A stretch of 64,000 nucleotides of DNA, taken from a virus. Shown piece after piece: positions 18,291 through 27,699 of this stretch. Below the pieces are notes generated by a model. That model did not search any database. It worked only from the letters and a program-made list of their open reading frames with translations, and had not been told where the DNA came from. The position numbers and the translations under genes are program-made. The DNA lies in IMG/VR virus record IMGVR_UViG_3300043313_001040, positions 1 to 64,000 of that record; one strand, given 5' to 3'. Every line of letters begins with the position of its first letter. Position 1 is the first letter of the stretch.

Positions 18291-18991
18291 TTGACCCCCT
18301 TCAGGGTCGCCACCAGGGCGTCCCGGCGTTGCGCGACGATGTTTCGGTCCTCCGGGTCCTGGCACAGCTCCAGGAGCCGTTCTATGCCCTTATTCAGGGC
18401 GTCCGAGACCTCATCGACCGTCGCTGTTCGGCCTTCCTTCCACCAGGAGACCTTTTCAGGGTTCCCGATGTCGAACAGCATGCCGCCTTTCCCGTCGTGC
18501 CACGGTTTGAGCTTCTCCGTGGTTTGCCAGACCGCCGTGACCCCAGGATTATGCGTCAGCATCAGCCCGGCGACGTTCTCAACGGCCGTTTTGGTCACTT
18601 CGTCCTCGCGCCGCTTCATTTGCGGCTTCGAAAGGAACGGGCAACCCTTTACCGACCATTCCGCGCAGTCGACGTGGCTCGGTGGCTCGGCCGAGTTGCG
18701 GTTAACTGTGCACATCGGGCCCACAACGTAGGCTCGGTGCACTCCGAGCGGTTGGCCGCAGACCCAGCAGAGATTTCCGAAGACACAGGCTCTCATGTGG
18801 ACGGGATCGACGATGCGAAAGTCCGGAAACCCTTCTCCAGGCGGCCGTGGCATCATTTTGCCGCCTACTTCCTCCATCCACTGCACAAATGCAGGAACGG
18901 GATACCCGCGTTCGTCGACCGGCAGATTTTTTAATCGCTCGGTCAACTCCGGCAGGTCACTTCTCAGTTTGTGATGCGGACATTCGCTCAT
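18287..18991 (-). CDS. conserved Cys/His phage protein
   Basis: RGYPVP.FV, CWVCG, GPMC, EPPSHVDC...CPFL. Confidence 0.75.
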   Translation of the reverse strand: MSECPHHKLRSDLPELTERLKNLPVDERGYPVPAFVQWMEEVGGKMMPRPPGEGFPDFRIVDPVHMRACVFGNLCWVCGQPLGVHRAYVVGPMCTVNRNSAEPPSHVDCAEWSVKGCPFLSKPQMKRREDEVTKTAVENVAGLMLTHNPGVTAVWQTTEKLKPWHDGKGGMLFDIGNPEKVSWWKEGRTATVDEVSDALNKGIERLLELCQDPEDRNIVAQRRDALVATLKGVK

Positions 18992-19331
18992 CAGTTTCCT
19001 CCTTTAGTTGCTGCGCTGCGTCGAGCACCTTCTCGGCTTGCTTTTCGAGCTTGAGAAGGTCACGTTCATTGATGATCGGGCGATGACGGGCCAGCTTCTT
19101 TTTCACCGGGGCCTTCAACGCCTTAACTGACTTAGCTTTCGGACCCGTTACCCTTTTGGTCTTGGGTTTTGAACGCTTCCTTTTCCTCCGGATTTCTTTT
19201 TCGGCTTCCATGATTGTTACCACCGTGGTAGCAGCCACGCCGAGGATGCTGATTACTCCAGCAACGATCTTCAGGTTCCTGTCGAACTTATGATCTGACT
19301 GTTGTTGTTTAATGTCGTCGTGTTGACTCAT
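18957..19331 (-). CDS. single-TM protein with Lys-rich histone-like tail
   Basis: IVAGVISILGVAATTVV then RRKRKRSKPKTKR. Confidence 0.7.
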   Translation of the reverse strand: MSQHDDIKQQQSDHKFDRNLKIVAGVISILGVAATTVVTIMEAEKEIRRKRKRSKPKTKRVTGPKAKSVKALKAPVKKKLARHRPIINERDLLKLEKQAEKVLDAAQQLKEETDERMSASQTEK

Positions 19332-19407
19332 TTACTTCTCCTTGTTGTTGTTAGACTTTCGATTACATAGTTGATCGCGGCGATTACCACCACGATTTTT
19401 AGATACT

Positions 19408-19710
19408 TCATTGTTTGTTGCTTCCTTTCAATCCCCTGGCCTTCTTCTCCCAAGCTTCGTCTGTAGGCGCGTCCAGGAATCCGATCCCACAAAGCACTTG
19501 AAGCTGGTAGTTGCGCGAGCCCCGGCAGATAAGGGGTTCATCCGAGACTCGCTTTGCTCCTTCGATTTTCACCAATATTTCGCCTGTCGAATGACAGATA
19601 CGAGAGGTTTTGAACGAAGCTTCTTCAAGCTCCGCTCGTAGGAATGCTCCAGAACTTCCTTCCCGCCATGGGCAGGTGGAGCACATCTTTTCCGATACCG
19701 GGTAGGCCAT
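19408..19710 (-). CDS. Cys-rich DUF6283-like protein
   Basis: CSTCPWR...CH...CRG. Confidence 0.65.
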   Translation of the reverse strand: MAYPVSEKMCSTCPWREGSSGAFLRAELEEASFKTSRICHSTGEILVKIEGAKRVSDEPLICRGSRNYQLQVLCGIGFLDAPTDEAWEKKARGLKGSNKQ

Positions 19711-20103
19711 TTATTCTGGTTGCGCTGGTCCGGGGTTTATTTTTCCCGAGCCATCCATGCCGAGCGCGATTTTGAATCGCTTCAGACCTGCGTGTTCCGT
19801 TATCGGACTTAAAGCCTTGTTCACGGCACTAACGTATTTTAGCATCCGCTCCGTGGCATCAAGATCTGCTTGGGTCAGCAAGTTGGCTCCGCATTTCGGG
19901 CACGGCCTGTTTAGCCATTCCCGAAAACCTTCGTTAACCGGCTCGTCATCCTGATGGTAGTCACATCCCGGCGCGTCACATTTGATACCTTTGATTTCTA
20001 TAGCTGCTGGTGGTGGTTTCGCTTGACTATTTTCATTCATATGTTTTATCTGTGGTTGTTGTTGTTGCAGGTGTTGGCCGGTGGGGTTTCGCTTCTTCCC
20101 CAT
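19711..20103 (-). CDS. Zn-finger hypothetical protein
   Basis: GIKCDAPGCDY...WLNRPCPKCGANLLT. Confidence 0.7.
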   Translation of the reverse strand: MGKKRNPTGQHLQQQQPQIKHMNENSQAKPPPAAIEIKGIKCDAPGCDYHQDDEPVNEGFREWLNRPCPKCGANLLTQADLDATERMLKYVSAVNKALSPITEHAGLKRFKIALGMDGSGKINPGPAQPE

Positions 20104-20114
20104 CGGCCTTTTTA

Positions 20115-20894
20115 TTACTCTTCCAACTTCAGGTGATCTTTGCCTCGCAACCGGTTTAGCCGTTTCTGGACTTCGATTTTGAGGCTAACCAACTGTTCGG
20201 GACGGACGCGGTAGTTGTAGAGGTCCTCGATCAACTCCACGTATTGCATCATGCTGGCGCACTTTACCATCCGACTGCTTTGGCCCTCGATTTTCTTTAT
20301 CATGCGCTCAGGATCGAAGTCCTTAATGTGGAACAAGTGCATGATCGCTACCGCCAACGGCCGATCCGTAGCAAACGGAATCAGCTTTTTGAGGGTAACG
20401 ATGACGTGCGCCACCTTGTAGGCGTGCTGTTCATTCACCACCCTGAACGTGCCGTATCGAATAGATTCGACTCCGCCGCCACTTTGTTTCCCTCCCAAGA
20501 GAGACGCGCTCGTCGTTACCGGGAGATGGAACTCATGGATGAACGCTCGCAGCTTCACGTAGTCCTTCTTGCCCTGCTCGGCGAAGGAATGCACGTAGTC
20601 CCGTGGCGACCACGGGGTTTGAACACTGTTAGCTGCCGATACGTCAACGATTGAGATGCTGTCTCGTTCAATGTAGAATATCGGCGTCCTAAGTGCCTTA
20701 GCCGCTTCGAATCGCGATTGTCCGTCCGCGATTCCCAATTTACCCAAATGCGGTGTCACCAGGATCGGATAATCCGCGAGCTGGTTCTTCCGCTTGATGG
20801 CTTTTATCATCTTGGCGACCCGTTTTGCCGTGGGTCGGTTGCCCTTGATGTAAGTGAACTTATTGTAGTCTGTTGTTGATAATACCTTAATCAT
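20115..20894 (-). CDS. ParB/Srx N-terminal-domain protein
   Basis: TTDYNKF...GNR...PILV...IADGQSRFEA (DGQHR-like). Confidence 0.75.
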   Translation of the reverse strand: MIKVLSTTDYNKFTYIKGNRPTAKRVAKMIKAIKRKNQLADYPILVTPHLGKLGIADGQSRFEAAKALRTPIFYIERDSISIVDVSAANSVQTPWSPRDYVHSFAEQGKKDYVKLRAFIHEFHLPVTTSASLLGGKQSGGGVESIRYGTFRVVNEQHAYKVAHVIVTLKKLIPFATDRPLAVAIMHLFHIKDFDPERMIKKIEGQSSRMVKCASMMQYVELIEDLYNYRVRPEQLVSLKIEVQKRLNRLRGKDHLKLEE

Positions 20895-20901
20895 GTTGTT
20901 G

Positions 20902-22554
20902 TTACTGACGTTTAATGATCTGAATTAGGGAATCCGCTATGTTCTCGATCTCGTTCCTGACAAGAACGCTATCGAACCACTTGTGCAGCTTGTCGCTTCT
21001 TGCCCCAGGTTCTCCGACGTAGAGACCGATGGTGTAGACACCTTTCCGGTGCCACTCCTCCTTTCTGATGTGCTCGTCGGTGATCTCGCCGTCGGTGAAG
21101 AAGATCGTTAGATCGCTATTCACCAGCTCGGCCTCATTACTCCGCATGGTGTTAGCGAAGCCTTCGAAGCCTCCCGGGGTGTGGAGATGATTCAGAATCC
21201 TGGGATCGAATGGCATCGGGACCTTGGCGTAGTTTCCTCCACTCAGGATCATATTTTTGCACTCGATCTTTCGCATTCTTACCAACTCGTTGAGCACGTA
21301 GGCCAGGTAGCACCCTTGTTCGGCAACTCCGCTCATTGAACCGCTGCAGTCCAGAACGAAGCTGATCTCTTTTACTCCATAGGGATCATCGCCTTTGCGC
21401 AGATAGATGTCGTCCGCGCCGCGCATGAACTTGTTGAAGTCGATCTTATTAGTCGGGTTCCGACTGGTTATAACTCCCTCGCCGCCCTCCAGGAACTTCT
21501 CGAACAACCGAATCAGGCCGTCAGCCTTCTTCGTGTCGATGGTTCTGATTTTGTGGCCGAAGAACTCGTTAAGTGGAAGCACCAGTTTCTTGTCCTTGTG
21601 ATCTTGCACCTTCAAGTCCGGACGAGGCGGGTCCTTTTTGAGATGCCCACCTGACGGACTAGCGCCGCTGGTCCTGGCGACTGTTTCCTCGATTTCTTTG
21701 TGCTCGCTGCCATCGGCGGCCTCTGCGCCCTCTGGCATGGCTCCGTCGCCCGGGTCCTGAGGATCTGGCAAGTCGGTTCCATGTGGACCGGCAAACCCTT
21801 CTCCAGGCGCTAAACCGCCAGATCCTTCCGCGCCGCCCCCGCCTGTCTCGGGAAAGGTTTTAATCCAGCTCTGGACAATAGGAATGATCTCTTCGGTCCC
21901 GGCCGCGTGGATTGCTCGCCGATAATACCACCTTATCAGGTTGCGACGCCCATACTTCGGGTCGCCAGCGCCTTCGAATTGCATCTTTGGGTCAGGATCT
22001 TTTTTCACCCAATCCTCCATCAGCTTTGGGCTGTTCTCCATGCGGGTGCAGTCGAGAAACAGCCTTACTGCTGGTTGCGGTTTGCCTTCCGCTTTTATGG
22101 CCTCAAGGGCTGGGTCGCCCTTCATCTCGTCGATCAGCTTCAGGTAGCGGAGCCACCCAAACCGACGACGAAACATTCGACGCCACTTGGCCTCGATCCG
22201 AGCGTCTTCCATCAGGTTCCACAAGTGGAACGGGATTTTCGCGTCTTTCTGGAGCGTCGCCATCCGTTCATTGGCCCGGTTGGTAAAGAGGCTGTGGGCC
22301 CCTTCGTGATCGTAAACACGTTGAACGAATGCCATCTTGCCCCTCGACCAGAGAGTGCGTTCGGCGCACTTGTCCAGGTCGGAAGCAATGACGATATTGT
22401 GGCGGCTAATACGATTGTCGTAGCGCCACGATGCCTCTGGCTTGAAGCCCTCAGGCATAAAGGCTAGGTCGTAACCGTCAACGGTTGTCAGTCGCATGAA
22501 CCGACTTTCGATGTGGTAATCAACCAGCCTCGTTTTTTCGCGATAGTTTAGCAT
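20902..22554 (-). CDS. vWA-domain protein with N-terminal metallopeptidase-like motif (CobT/NorD-like partner)
   Basis: HEGAH, NLMEDARIE; MIDAS DCSGSM and FTDG. Confidence 0.85.
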   Translation of the reverse strand: MLNYREKTRLVDYHIESRFMRLTTVDGYDLAFMPEGFKPEASWRYDNRISRHNIVIASDLDKCAERTLWSRGKMAFVQRVYDHEGAHSLFTNRANERMATLQKDAKIPFHLWNLMEDARIEAKWRRMFRRRFGWLRYLKLIDEMKGDPALEAIKAEGKPQPAVRLFLDCTRMENSPKLMEDWVKKDPDPKMQFEGAGDPKYGRRNLIRWYYRRAIHAAGTEEIIPIVQSWIKTFPETGGGGAEGSGGLAPGEGFAGPHGTDLPDPQDPGDGAMPEGAEAADGSEHKEIEETVARTSGASPSGGHLKKDPPRPDLKVQDHKDKKLVLPLNEFFGHKIRTIDTKKADGLIRLFEKFLEGGEGVITSRNPTNKIDFNKFMRGADDIYLRKGDDPYGVKEISFVLDCSGSMSGVAEQGCYLAYVLNELVRMRKIECKNMILSGGNYAKVPMPFDPRILNHLHTPGGFEGFANTMRSNEAELVNSDLTIFFTDGEITDEHIRKEEWHRKGVYTIGLYVGEPGARSDKLHKWFDSVLVRNEIENIADSLIQIIKRQ

Positions 22555-22562
22555 ACTTCTCC

Positions 22563-23732
22563 TTAGTTAGGCCGAATCGGGAAGTGGCGAGCGATCAGCT
22601 TACGCAACTGATCCAATTGCTCTGGACTCCGGTGGCCCTGGATATTTCTACCTACCCATACCAGGGCTGAGTCGAGCAACGTATTGCCAATGTCCATCTC
22701 GTTCTCGGCCATCTTGATTCCATCGCAAAGAATACGAACATCCGGCTCCAGCATCAGGAAGTTATCTGCCTTCAGCTTTTTACCTTCAGAGAGTAGCTTC
22801 GCGAACTTCGGTGTAAGCGACACGCTGAACCCGTGATCTTTGAGCACGGTAGCTATGATTCGCTTCACCGATTCCTCCGTGGTCTGCAGATCATACTGCA
22901 ACCATCTACCAGCTTCCGCTGGGTCACCTGCTTGAACGTCGAAACCCGCACCGATGTTTGTTGATGCGATGATTGAGATCATGTGACGCGGCGCGAAGAT
23001 CGTCTCTTGATTGGTTACGAGACCATCTTCTACGTTAATGATCCGGCCAGTCGAAATCGTGTAATACTCGATCCCGTCTGGCATCCTGAATGGAGATAGA
23101 CCGCTAATAAGCGGACTGCGTTCGCGCACTTTGATCCTATACAACTCGTCGATGTAAAGACAGACTCTCTTGCCCTGGGACGCGAGTCGAAACGCGCGAG
23201 CCAGTTCACCATCCTGCCATACTGCTGTAGTTGCGCCTCCCGATGGAGCCCATGGTCTAGGCCCTCCTTTCATCTGTTGAGCGTCCACGCCTTCATCGCC
23301 CTGCATGAGAACGACTTCATCGAACGGCTGCGAGTAGGCGAACACCTTCGCTGCCGTCGTTTTGCCCGAACCCTGGTCACCAATGAACAGGACCGGCTTC
23401 TTCGCTGCACCCGGAGGCACATACTTTCGAAGATACTTCATTACGCTGCTCTCATCACTCGCTTCTGGCGAGAGAGCAGCTTTGATTGCTTTCTTCTTCT
23501 CTACTGGTAACGGCTCGACGATCTTGGAGATGATCTCGTGCAGCTCTTTTTCAATCGGCGGGATGATGTCTTCCCGGCCGAGCTTTATTCTTGTTTCGCT
23601 GAGAATCTTGTAAACATGATCCTCGATTTCCGCTTGCTGTGTGGGGCTAAGCGCCATATACTTCTTCTTCCCTTTCTTCCTGGCCTCCCTCAGCTTCTTA
23701 CGTTTATGGTAAGCTGCGTCTCTGGTTGGCAT
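22563..23732 (-). CDS. MoxR/CbbQ-like AAA+ ATPase
   Basis: Walker A GDQGSGKT; WQDGEL..AF; Walker B LYIDE; STN; start at ATG 23732 after (CAA)n. Confidence 0.85.
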   Translation of the reverse strand: MPTRDAAYHKRKKLREARKKGKKKYMALSPTQQAEIEDHVYKILSETRIKLGREDIIPPIEKELHEIISKIVEPLPVEKKKAIKAALSPEASDESSVMKYLRKYVPPGAAKKPVLFIGDQGSGKTTAAKVFAYSQPFDEVVLMQGDEGVDAQQMKGGPRPWAPSGGATTAVWQDGELARAFRLASQGKRVCLYIDELYRIKVRERSPLISGLSPFRMPDGIEYYTISTGRIINVEDGLVTNQETIFAPRHMISIIASTNIGAGFDVQAGDPAEAGRWLQYDLQTTEESVKRIIATVLKDHGFSVSLTPKFAKLLSEGKKLKADNFLMLEPDVRILCDGIKMAENEMDIGNTLLDSALVWVGRNIQGHRSPEQLDQLRKLIARHFPIRPN

Positions 23733-23815
23733 TGTTGTTGTTTTTGCAGCACGCTGCAAAGAGGGTCGGACTCCTTGCAGCGAGGTTGTCAGACTTGTCC
23801 TACAGGGTCAAGTCT

Positions 23816-24016
23816 TTATTTTTCAGTGAAGGCAGCTATTCGCTCACCCAAAATGTCTGAGTATAACGTCATAGCTACCAGTTGCCGTTCGAGGCGTAAC
23901 TGCTCTGGCCCCTTTACGGAGCGATATGCCTCGCCCCGAAGAAACGCGGTCAGTTTGTCACGCTTTTCGTCCAGCTCTTTTTTTTCGGTCACCACCCTTT
24001 CTTGATGTGGTGCCAT
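23816..24016 (-). CDS. crAss001_48-like small protein
   Basis: HQERVVTEKKELDEK..KL..FL...RL..QL.AM..Y..IL..RI. Confidence 0.75.
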   Translation of the reverse strand: MAPHQERVVTEKKELDEKRDKLTAFLRGEAYRSVKGPEQLRLERQLVAMTLYSDILGERIAAFTEK

Positions 24017-24585
24017 TACGCCGCTTTCTTCGGGTTCTTCGGGTTCTCCACGCCTTCCTGGAGATACTCCGACAGCATCAGGTGCCCGAGGATCAGATCG
24101 TCGAGCATTTCCGATGTTACGTAGTCCGGGATGATTTGCGGCAACGGTGGGCTCATCCCGTCGTCGAACCCAATCCAGTTGTTCTCGCCATCGTCGATGT
24201 CCGGCACGAACCGGGGAGCCGGATGGCCAACGGTGCCCGCACCACTGTTGATACGAGCCGTGAAGATGAAGTCCGGCGAAAACCGGGGATCATCATCTAT
24301 GTCCATCCAACGTCCGCGTCCGTCGAACGGAGCGCGACCCGCCTTGAAGGCGTCGTAGTCCATCGGTTTGCGCAGCTTGAAGTAGTAATACCTCCCGTCT
24401 GCGTGCACGATGATTCCTTCCTGGACGTAGATCGTGTCAGGGTCTACGTCTTCTTCCTTCATGCCTTCCGGCACGTAACCCGGAATGACATCCGGCTTCT
24501 TGACTACCGCATAGCGGTGCTGGTTGGCGTCCAGCAGGTAAACTAGATCCCATTCGGGATCGAATTTGCGTTCTACTCTTGGCAT
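24016..24585 (-). CDS. acidic hypothetical protein
   Basis: 189-aa ORF; (CAA) leader. Confidence 0.7.
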   Translation of the reverse strand: MPRVERKFDPEWDLVYLLDANQHRYAVVKKPDVIPGYVPEGMKEEDVDPDTIYVQEGIIVHADGRYYYFKLRKPMDYDAFKAGRAPFDGRGRWMDIDDDPRFSPDFIFTARINSGAGTVGHPAPRFVPDIDDGENNWIGFDDGMSPPLPQIIPDYVTSEMLDDLILGHLMLSEYLQEGVENPKNPKKAA

Positions 24586-24612
24586 AACTGTTGTTGCTTT
24601 CTATTTTTGTGG

Positions 24613-24651
24613 AAAGGGCGGCCCCGAATCAACCAAGGACCGAGGCCGCCC
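24613..24651 (-). terminator. GC hairpin, possible terminator or processing site
   Basis: GGGCGGCC/GGCCGCCC stem with short U-tract on the minus strand. Confidence 0.5.
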
Positions 24652-24669
24652 GACTTCCGTTGTTTCTAA

Positions 24670-26211
24670 TTAGGCTCCGAGCGACTTCTTGATCTTCTTA
24701 ACGTCGCCTGCCACTGCATCGACCTTCGGGCCGATGACTTCTTCGATTGCCACCCGCGAAGGCGACAATATTTGATGTGCTTTCTTGACCAGGCTCAGGT
24801 CCTTCTCGGCCTGAGTCGTGCCATCGCCGCGTGGGCGAGCCTTCTTCTGCATGACCTCGCCAGCGATCACCAACATTTCTGTGGTGACGCGCGCGTCGAT
24901 CTCTGCACCGAACTTGCCAATCGCACGCATCTTTGCGCGATTGATGCCGTTCACGATGTCCGCAGGCACCAGGTCCTTGAACGCCTCCCCGATAGCCGTA
25001 ATGTCCACGTCCGGCGCAATGAATTGCCCCGCGACATGTTGAACGAAACGACCAGCCGCCTCCGCATCTGGCGGCGTAAGCTCGATGTCGATGTCGACAC
25101 GGCCGGACCGCATGAATGCGTCGTTGATCTTCTCAGGGAAGTTGGTCGTGAAGACCGTGATGACTTCCGCGTTTTTGGCACCGACACCATCGAGCGTCTC
25201 CAGGATGGAGTTCATCTCTTTGGTCCGTTCCCCGCTGAAGATCGCGTCGCAATCCTCAACGAACAGCACCGATGGGCTGTAGAGCTGCGCCAGCTTGTAG
25301 GCCGACAGGAACTTCTCCGGAGTTTTCAGGTAGAAGTAAGTCCACCCGTGCTCCTTCGCGATCTGCGCCGTGTAATACGACGTGAGCGATTTACCGGTTC
25401 CGAACTTGCCCTTCAACAGCACGCCGCGCTTCACGGCGACTCCATTGATTCGGAAGTCCTGCGGACGTTTCATAACGTCCCAGACCTCCGTCTGCAGCTC
25501 GAACTCGATGTCTCGCGGAAGAATGAGCATGACCTCCTTGGTCACGTCCATATACTTCGGCGCACACTGCGTCGGATCGAAGTTCTCCGTTCCGACATAG
25601 CTCAGATCAAGTTCAACCGGCTGACCGCGATAGATGGAGTGTTCCTTCAGGAACCACTTCGCGGTTTCGACGACTTCCTTGATCGAAGGCTCGAATTTGC
25701 GTTTCACAACGCCCGACACTCCCAACGCGAGAGGTGCACTCGCACCCTTCACGAACAGGCTAAGGCTTCCACCTTCCCATGCGGGCGGAGCCATCTCGCC
25801 ATAAACAACCTGGACGCTTTCTTCCAGGCTGACGGCGATGTTGAGACGACGCGGCGGCCGAGGGCCGAAGAACGTCATTCTCTCCTTGGCGTGGGTGAAC
25901 CCATACACCTTTTCTAAGGCCCTGTTCACGGCCACGATGCCATCCAGAGGATAGCAGTCGAACTCGAAGGAGATTTCCACTGGCTGCTCCTCCAACTCCT
26001 CAGCCTGGAGCAATGCCTTGTGCAGCTCCTTGTAGCTGTTGGCCCGGACAAACCGTTGCCCGAACCGTAGGACCTCGAATTGAGGCTCGACTACCGCCGT
26101 CCCTTCTTTGACGGACGACTCCCTGCCGATCAGCTCCGTTGTTACCAGAGCTTTATCGGATACATCTGCTTTTCGTGTTTTTACCATTTGATACCTACTT
26201 CTTCTAAGCAT
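24670..26211 (-). CDS. classical AAA+ ATPase (FtsH/SpoVK-like core)
   Basis: RGVLLKGKFGTGKS; LFVEDCD; TTNFPEKINDAFMRSGRVD. Confidence 0.9.
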   Translation of the reverse strand: MLRRSRYQMVKTRKADVSDKALVTTELIGRESSVKEGTAVVEPQFEVLRFGQRFVRANSYKELHKALLQAEELEEQPVEISFEFDCYPLDGIVAVNRALEKVYGFTHAKERMTFFGPRPPRRLNIAVSLEESVQVVYGEMAPPAWEGGSLSLFVKGASAPLALGVSGVVKRKFEPSIKEVVETAKWFLKEHSIYRGQPVELDLSYVGTENFDPTQCAPKYMDVTKEVMLILPRDIEFELQTEVWDVMKRPQDFRINGVAVKRGVLLKGKFGTGKSLTSYYTAQIAKEHGWTYFYLKTPEKFLSAYKLAQLYSPSVLFVEDCDAIFSGERTKEMNSILETLDGVGAKNAEVITVFTTNFPEKINDAFMRSGRVDIDIELTPPDAEAAGRFVQHVAGQFIAPDVDITAIGEAFKDLVPADIVNGINRAKMRAIGKFGAEIDARVTTEMLVIAGEVMQKKARPRGDGTTQAEKDLSLVKKAHQILSPSRVAIEEVIGPKVDAVAGDVKKIKKSLGA

Positions 26212-26337
26212 GGGATTTGTTGTTGTTATTTACCTGACCCACCCACACTAAACTGGCTTCCAGGTAATCTGCTGTAACGTTGGCAGCAGACTGGGGGAGA
26301 GTCCTTAGCTAAATGGACTCTCCCCGGTGTCTGCAAC

Positions 26338-26592
26338 CTATGCGATTACGGCTTCTGTTTTCTTTTTCATCGCTTTACGCCGGTCTTCCTGGGTAAGTTT
26401 GCCCAGTTTGACCCGAGTCCGTAGCTGAGACGGACTTCCGATTTCAGGATGAATTGAAACTGCGATTAGTCGTTTTTCGCGGTTCGCTTTTCGCCGAAGC
26501 AGCTTGACTGGATATGTCGCTTTGAAGTTCGCGTAATATCCTTTGTCTGCCGAGTGTCGGCGCATTTTGCTTTTCGATACTCCTTGTGCCAT
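26338..26592 (-). CDS. small basic protein with perfect SD
   Basis: AGAAAGGAGGTGA upstream; K/R-rich 84 aa. Confidence 0.7.
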   Translation of the reverse strand: MAQGVSKSKMRRHSADKGYYANFKATYPVKLLRRKANREKRLIAVSIHPEIGSPSQLRTRVKLGKLTQEDRRKAMKKKTEAVIA

Positions 26593-26678
26593 TCTTAATC
26601 ACCTCCTTTCTGGTTGGCCTAACGAGGGGTTAGTCGTCAGCCAACTGTTTAGCAATTATCTTTCTTTTTGTTGCTGCT

Positions 26679-26900
26679 TTATACTTTCTCCAGAATGCTC
26701 CGGTCCGTCAGACCAGTAGCGAACGCCCACAGCAGGAGCGCCTTTGCAGGCAGCTCGTATGGATGTTCTTTCTGGGCTTGCTCACCAACCGTGAGAAGCT
26801 CACCAACTGGCGTCCCAAACGGCTCAGGATCTGGGTTCAGATGCTGAGGACCGGTGGAGACACACGTTGCGTATTGGTGGATGTTGCTATACTTCTTCAT
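26679..26900 (-). CDS. hypothetical protein
   Basis: AGAAGTA leader. Confidence 0.55.
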   Translation of the reverse strand: MKKYSNIHQYATCVSTGPQHLNPDPEPFGTPVGELLTVGEQAQKEHPYELPAKALLLWAFATGLTDRSILEKV

Positions 26901-27018
26901 AGCTATTACTTCTGCATTGGCCTTTCTAAAGGGCCGACTTGTTGTTGTTGTTACCGAATTGGCTTATGCCAACCGGACTAGAACACCGAAGGATTGAACT
27001 TCGATGCTCTGTGTCCGA

Positions 27019-27303
27019 TCAAGAACCACTTACCGGTAGGATAAATCCTACCGTTACTTCTCCGTCTTTCAGCTCTCTAAATCCGACTGCCAATACCAGG
27101 TAACGCTTGTCGTTGTAACGGATCACGTCACCCATGCTAACTGACGGAAGCTTCTGAGCCTGAATGTCGTTTTGTCCATAGTAATAAATGGTCGACAGGT
27201 TTGTTTCGGTCAGGTCGCTGACCAAGGTTACAGGGACTTCGACCTTTCGGATCTCCCCCTGGGCGAACATGTTGAGTTCGACTTCGTAGGTTATGTTTCT
27301 CAT
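27019..27303 (-). CDS. YodL-like protein
   Basis: PSVSMGDVI...YLVLAVGF. Confidence 0.65.
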   Translation of the reverse strand: MRNITYEVELNMFAQGEIRKVEVPVTLVSDLTETNLSTIYYYGQNDIQAQKLPSVSMGDVIRYNDKRYLVLAVGFRELKDGEVTVGFILPVSGS

Positions 27304-27644
27304 TACCCGTGCACCTCGACTTTGACTCCCGTGATCTTGGTGTAGATCTCCGCGAGGTTTTTGAACTTCTCGATGATGCTCTTGGCGTAGGGACCCGAGC
27401 GATGACGTGCCTGGATGTAAAGATCTCCTGTGTCCTCATCCGTTTTGAGCCACCAGTCGTTCGTGCCACCGATCACGAGATCGGGACCAACTGAATCGTG
27501 ATCTTCCCAGTCGGCCGGATAACAGTTCGGATGATCTGGTGATATGGCCGTCGCGAACAACAAGGCCAAGGTGACCTTGCTGAAATGCATTGCTGCTCTG
27601 AATTGCATTTCGGAAATAATGTTTCCGATTTCATTGTCTTTCAT
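27303..27644 (-). CDS. hypothetical protein, first gene of the early arm
   Basis: duplicated GCAGAAGTA leader. Confidence 0.7.
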   Translation of the reverse strand: MKDNEIGNIISEMQFRAAMHFSKVTLALLFATAISPDHPNCYPADWEDHDSVGPDLVIGGTNDWWLKTDEDTGDLYIQARHRSGPYAKSIIEKFKNLAEIYTKITGVKVEVHG

Positions 27645-27699
27645 ACTTCTGCCTTTCTACTTCTGCTTTTTTTGCAGCGTGCTGCAATCGTATGATTGC

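Noticed and set aside
24772-25917. Long antisense ORFs (also 33214-34452, 37868-38989, 39386-40339, 56297-57067, 59289-59999)
   Set aside because: They are shadow frames opposite well-supported genes with strong codon bias and show no recognisable motifs.
26338-26592. Ribosomal protein L32 or type I toxin
   Set aside because: The N-terminal resemblance to L32 is weak with no Zn-ribbon, and there is no hydrophobic helix as expected for a type I toxin.
26974-27017. tRNA gene suggested by GTTCAATCC
   Set aside because: It forms a single long hairpin with no cloverleaf, anticodon arm or CCA end.
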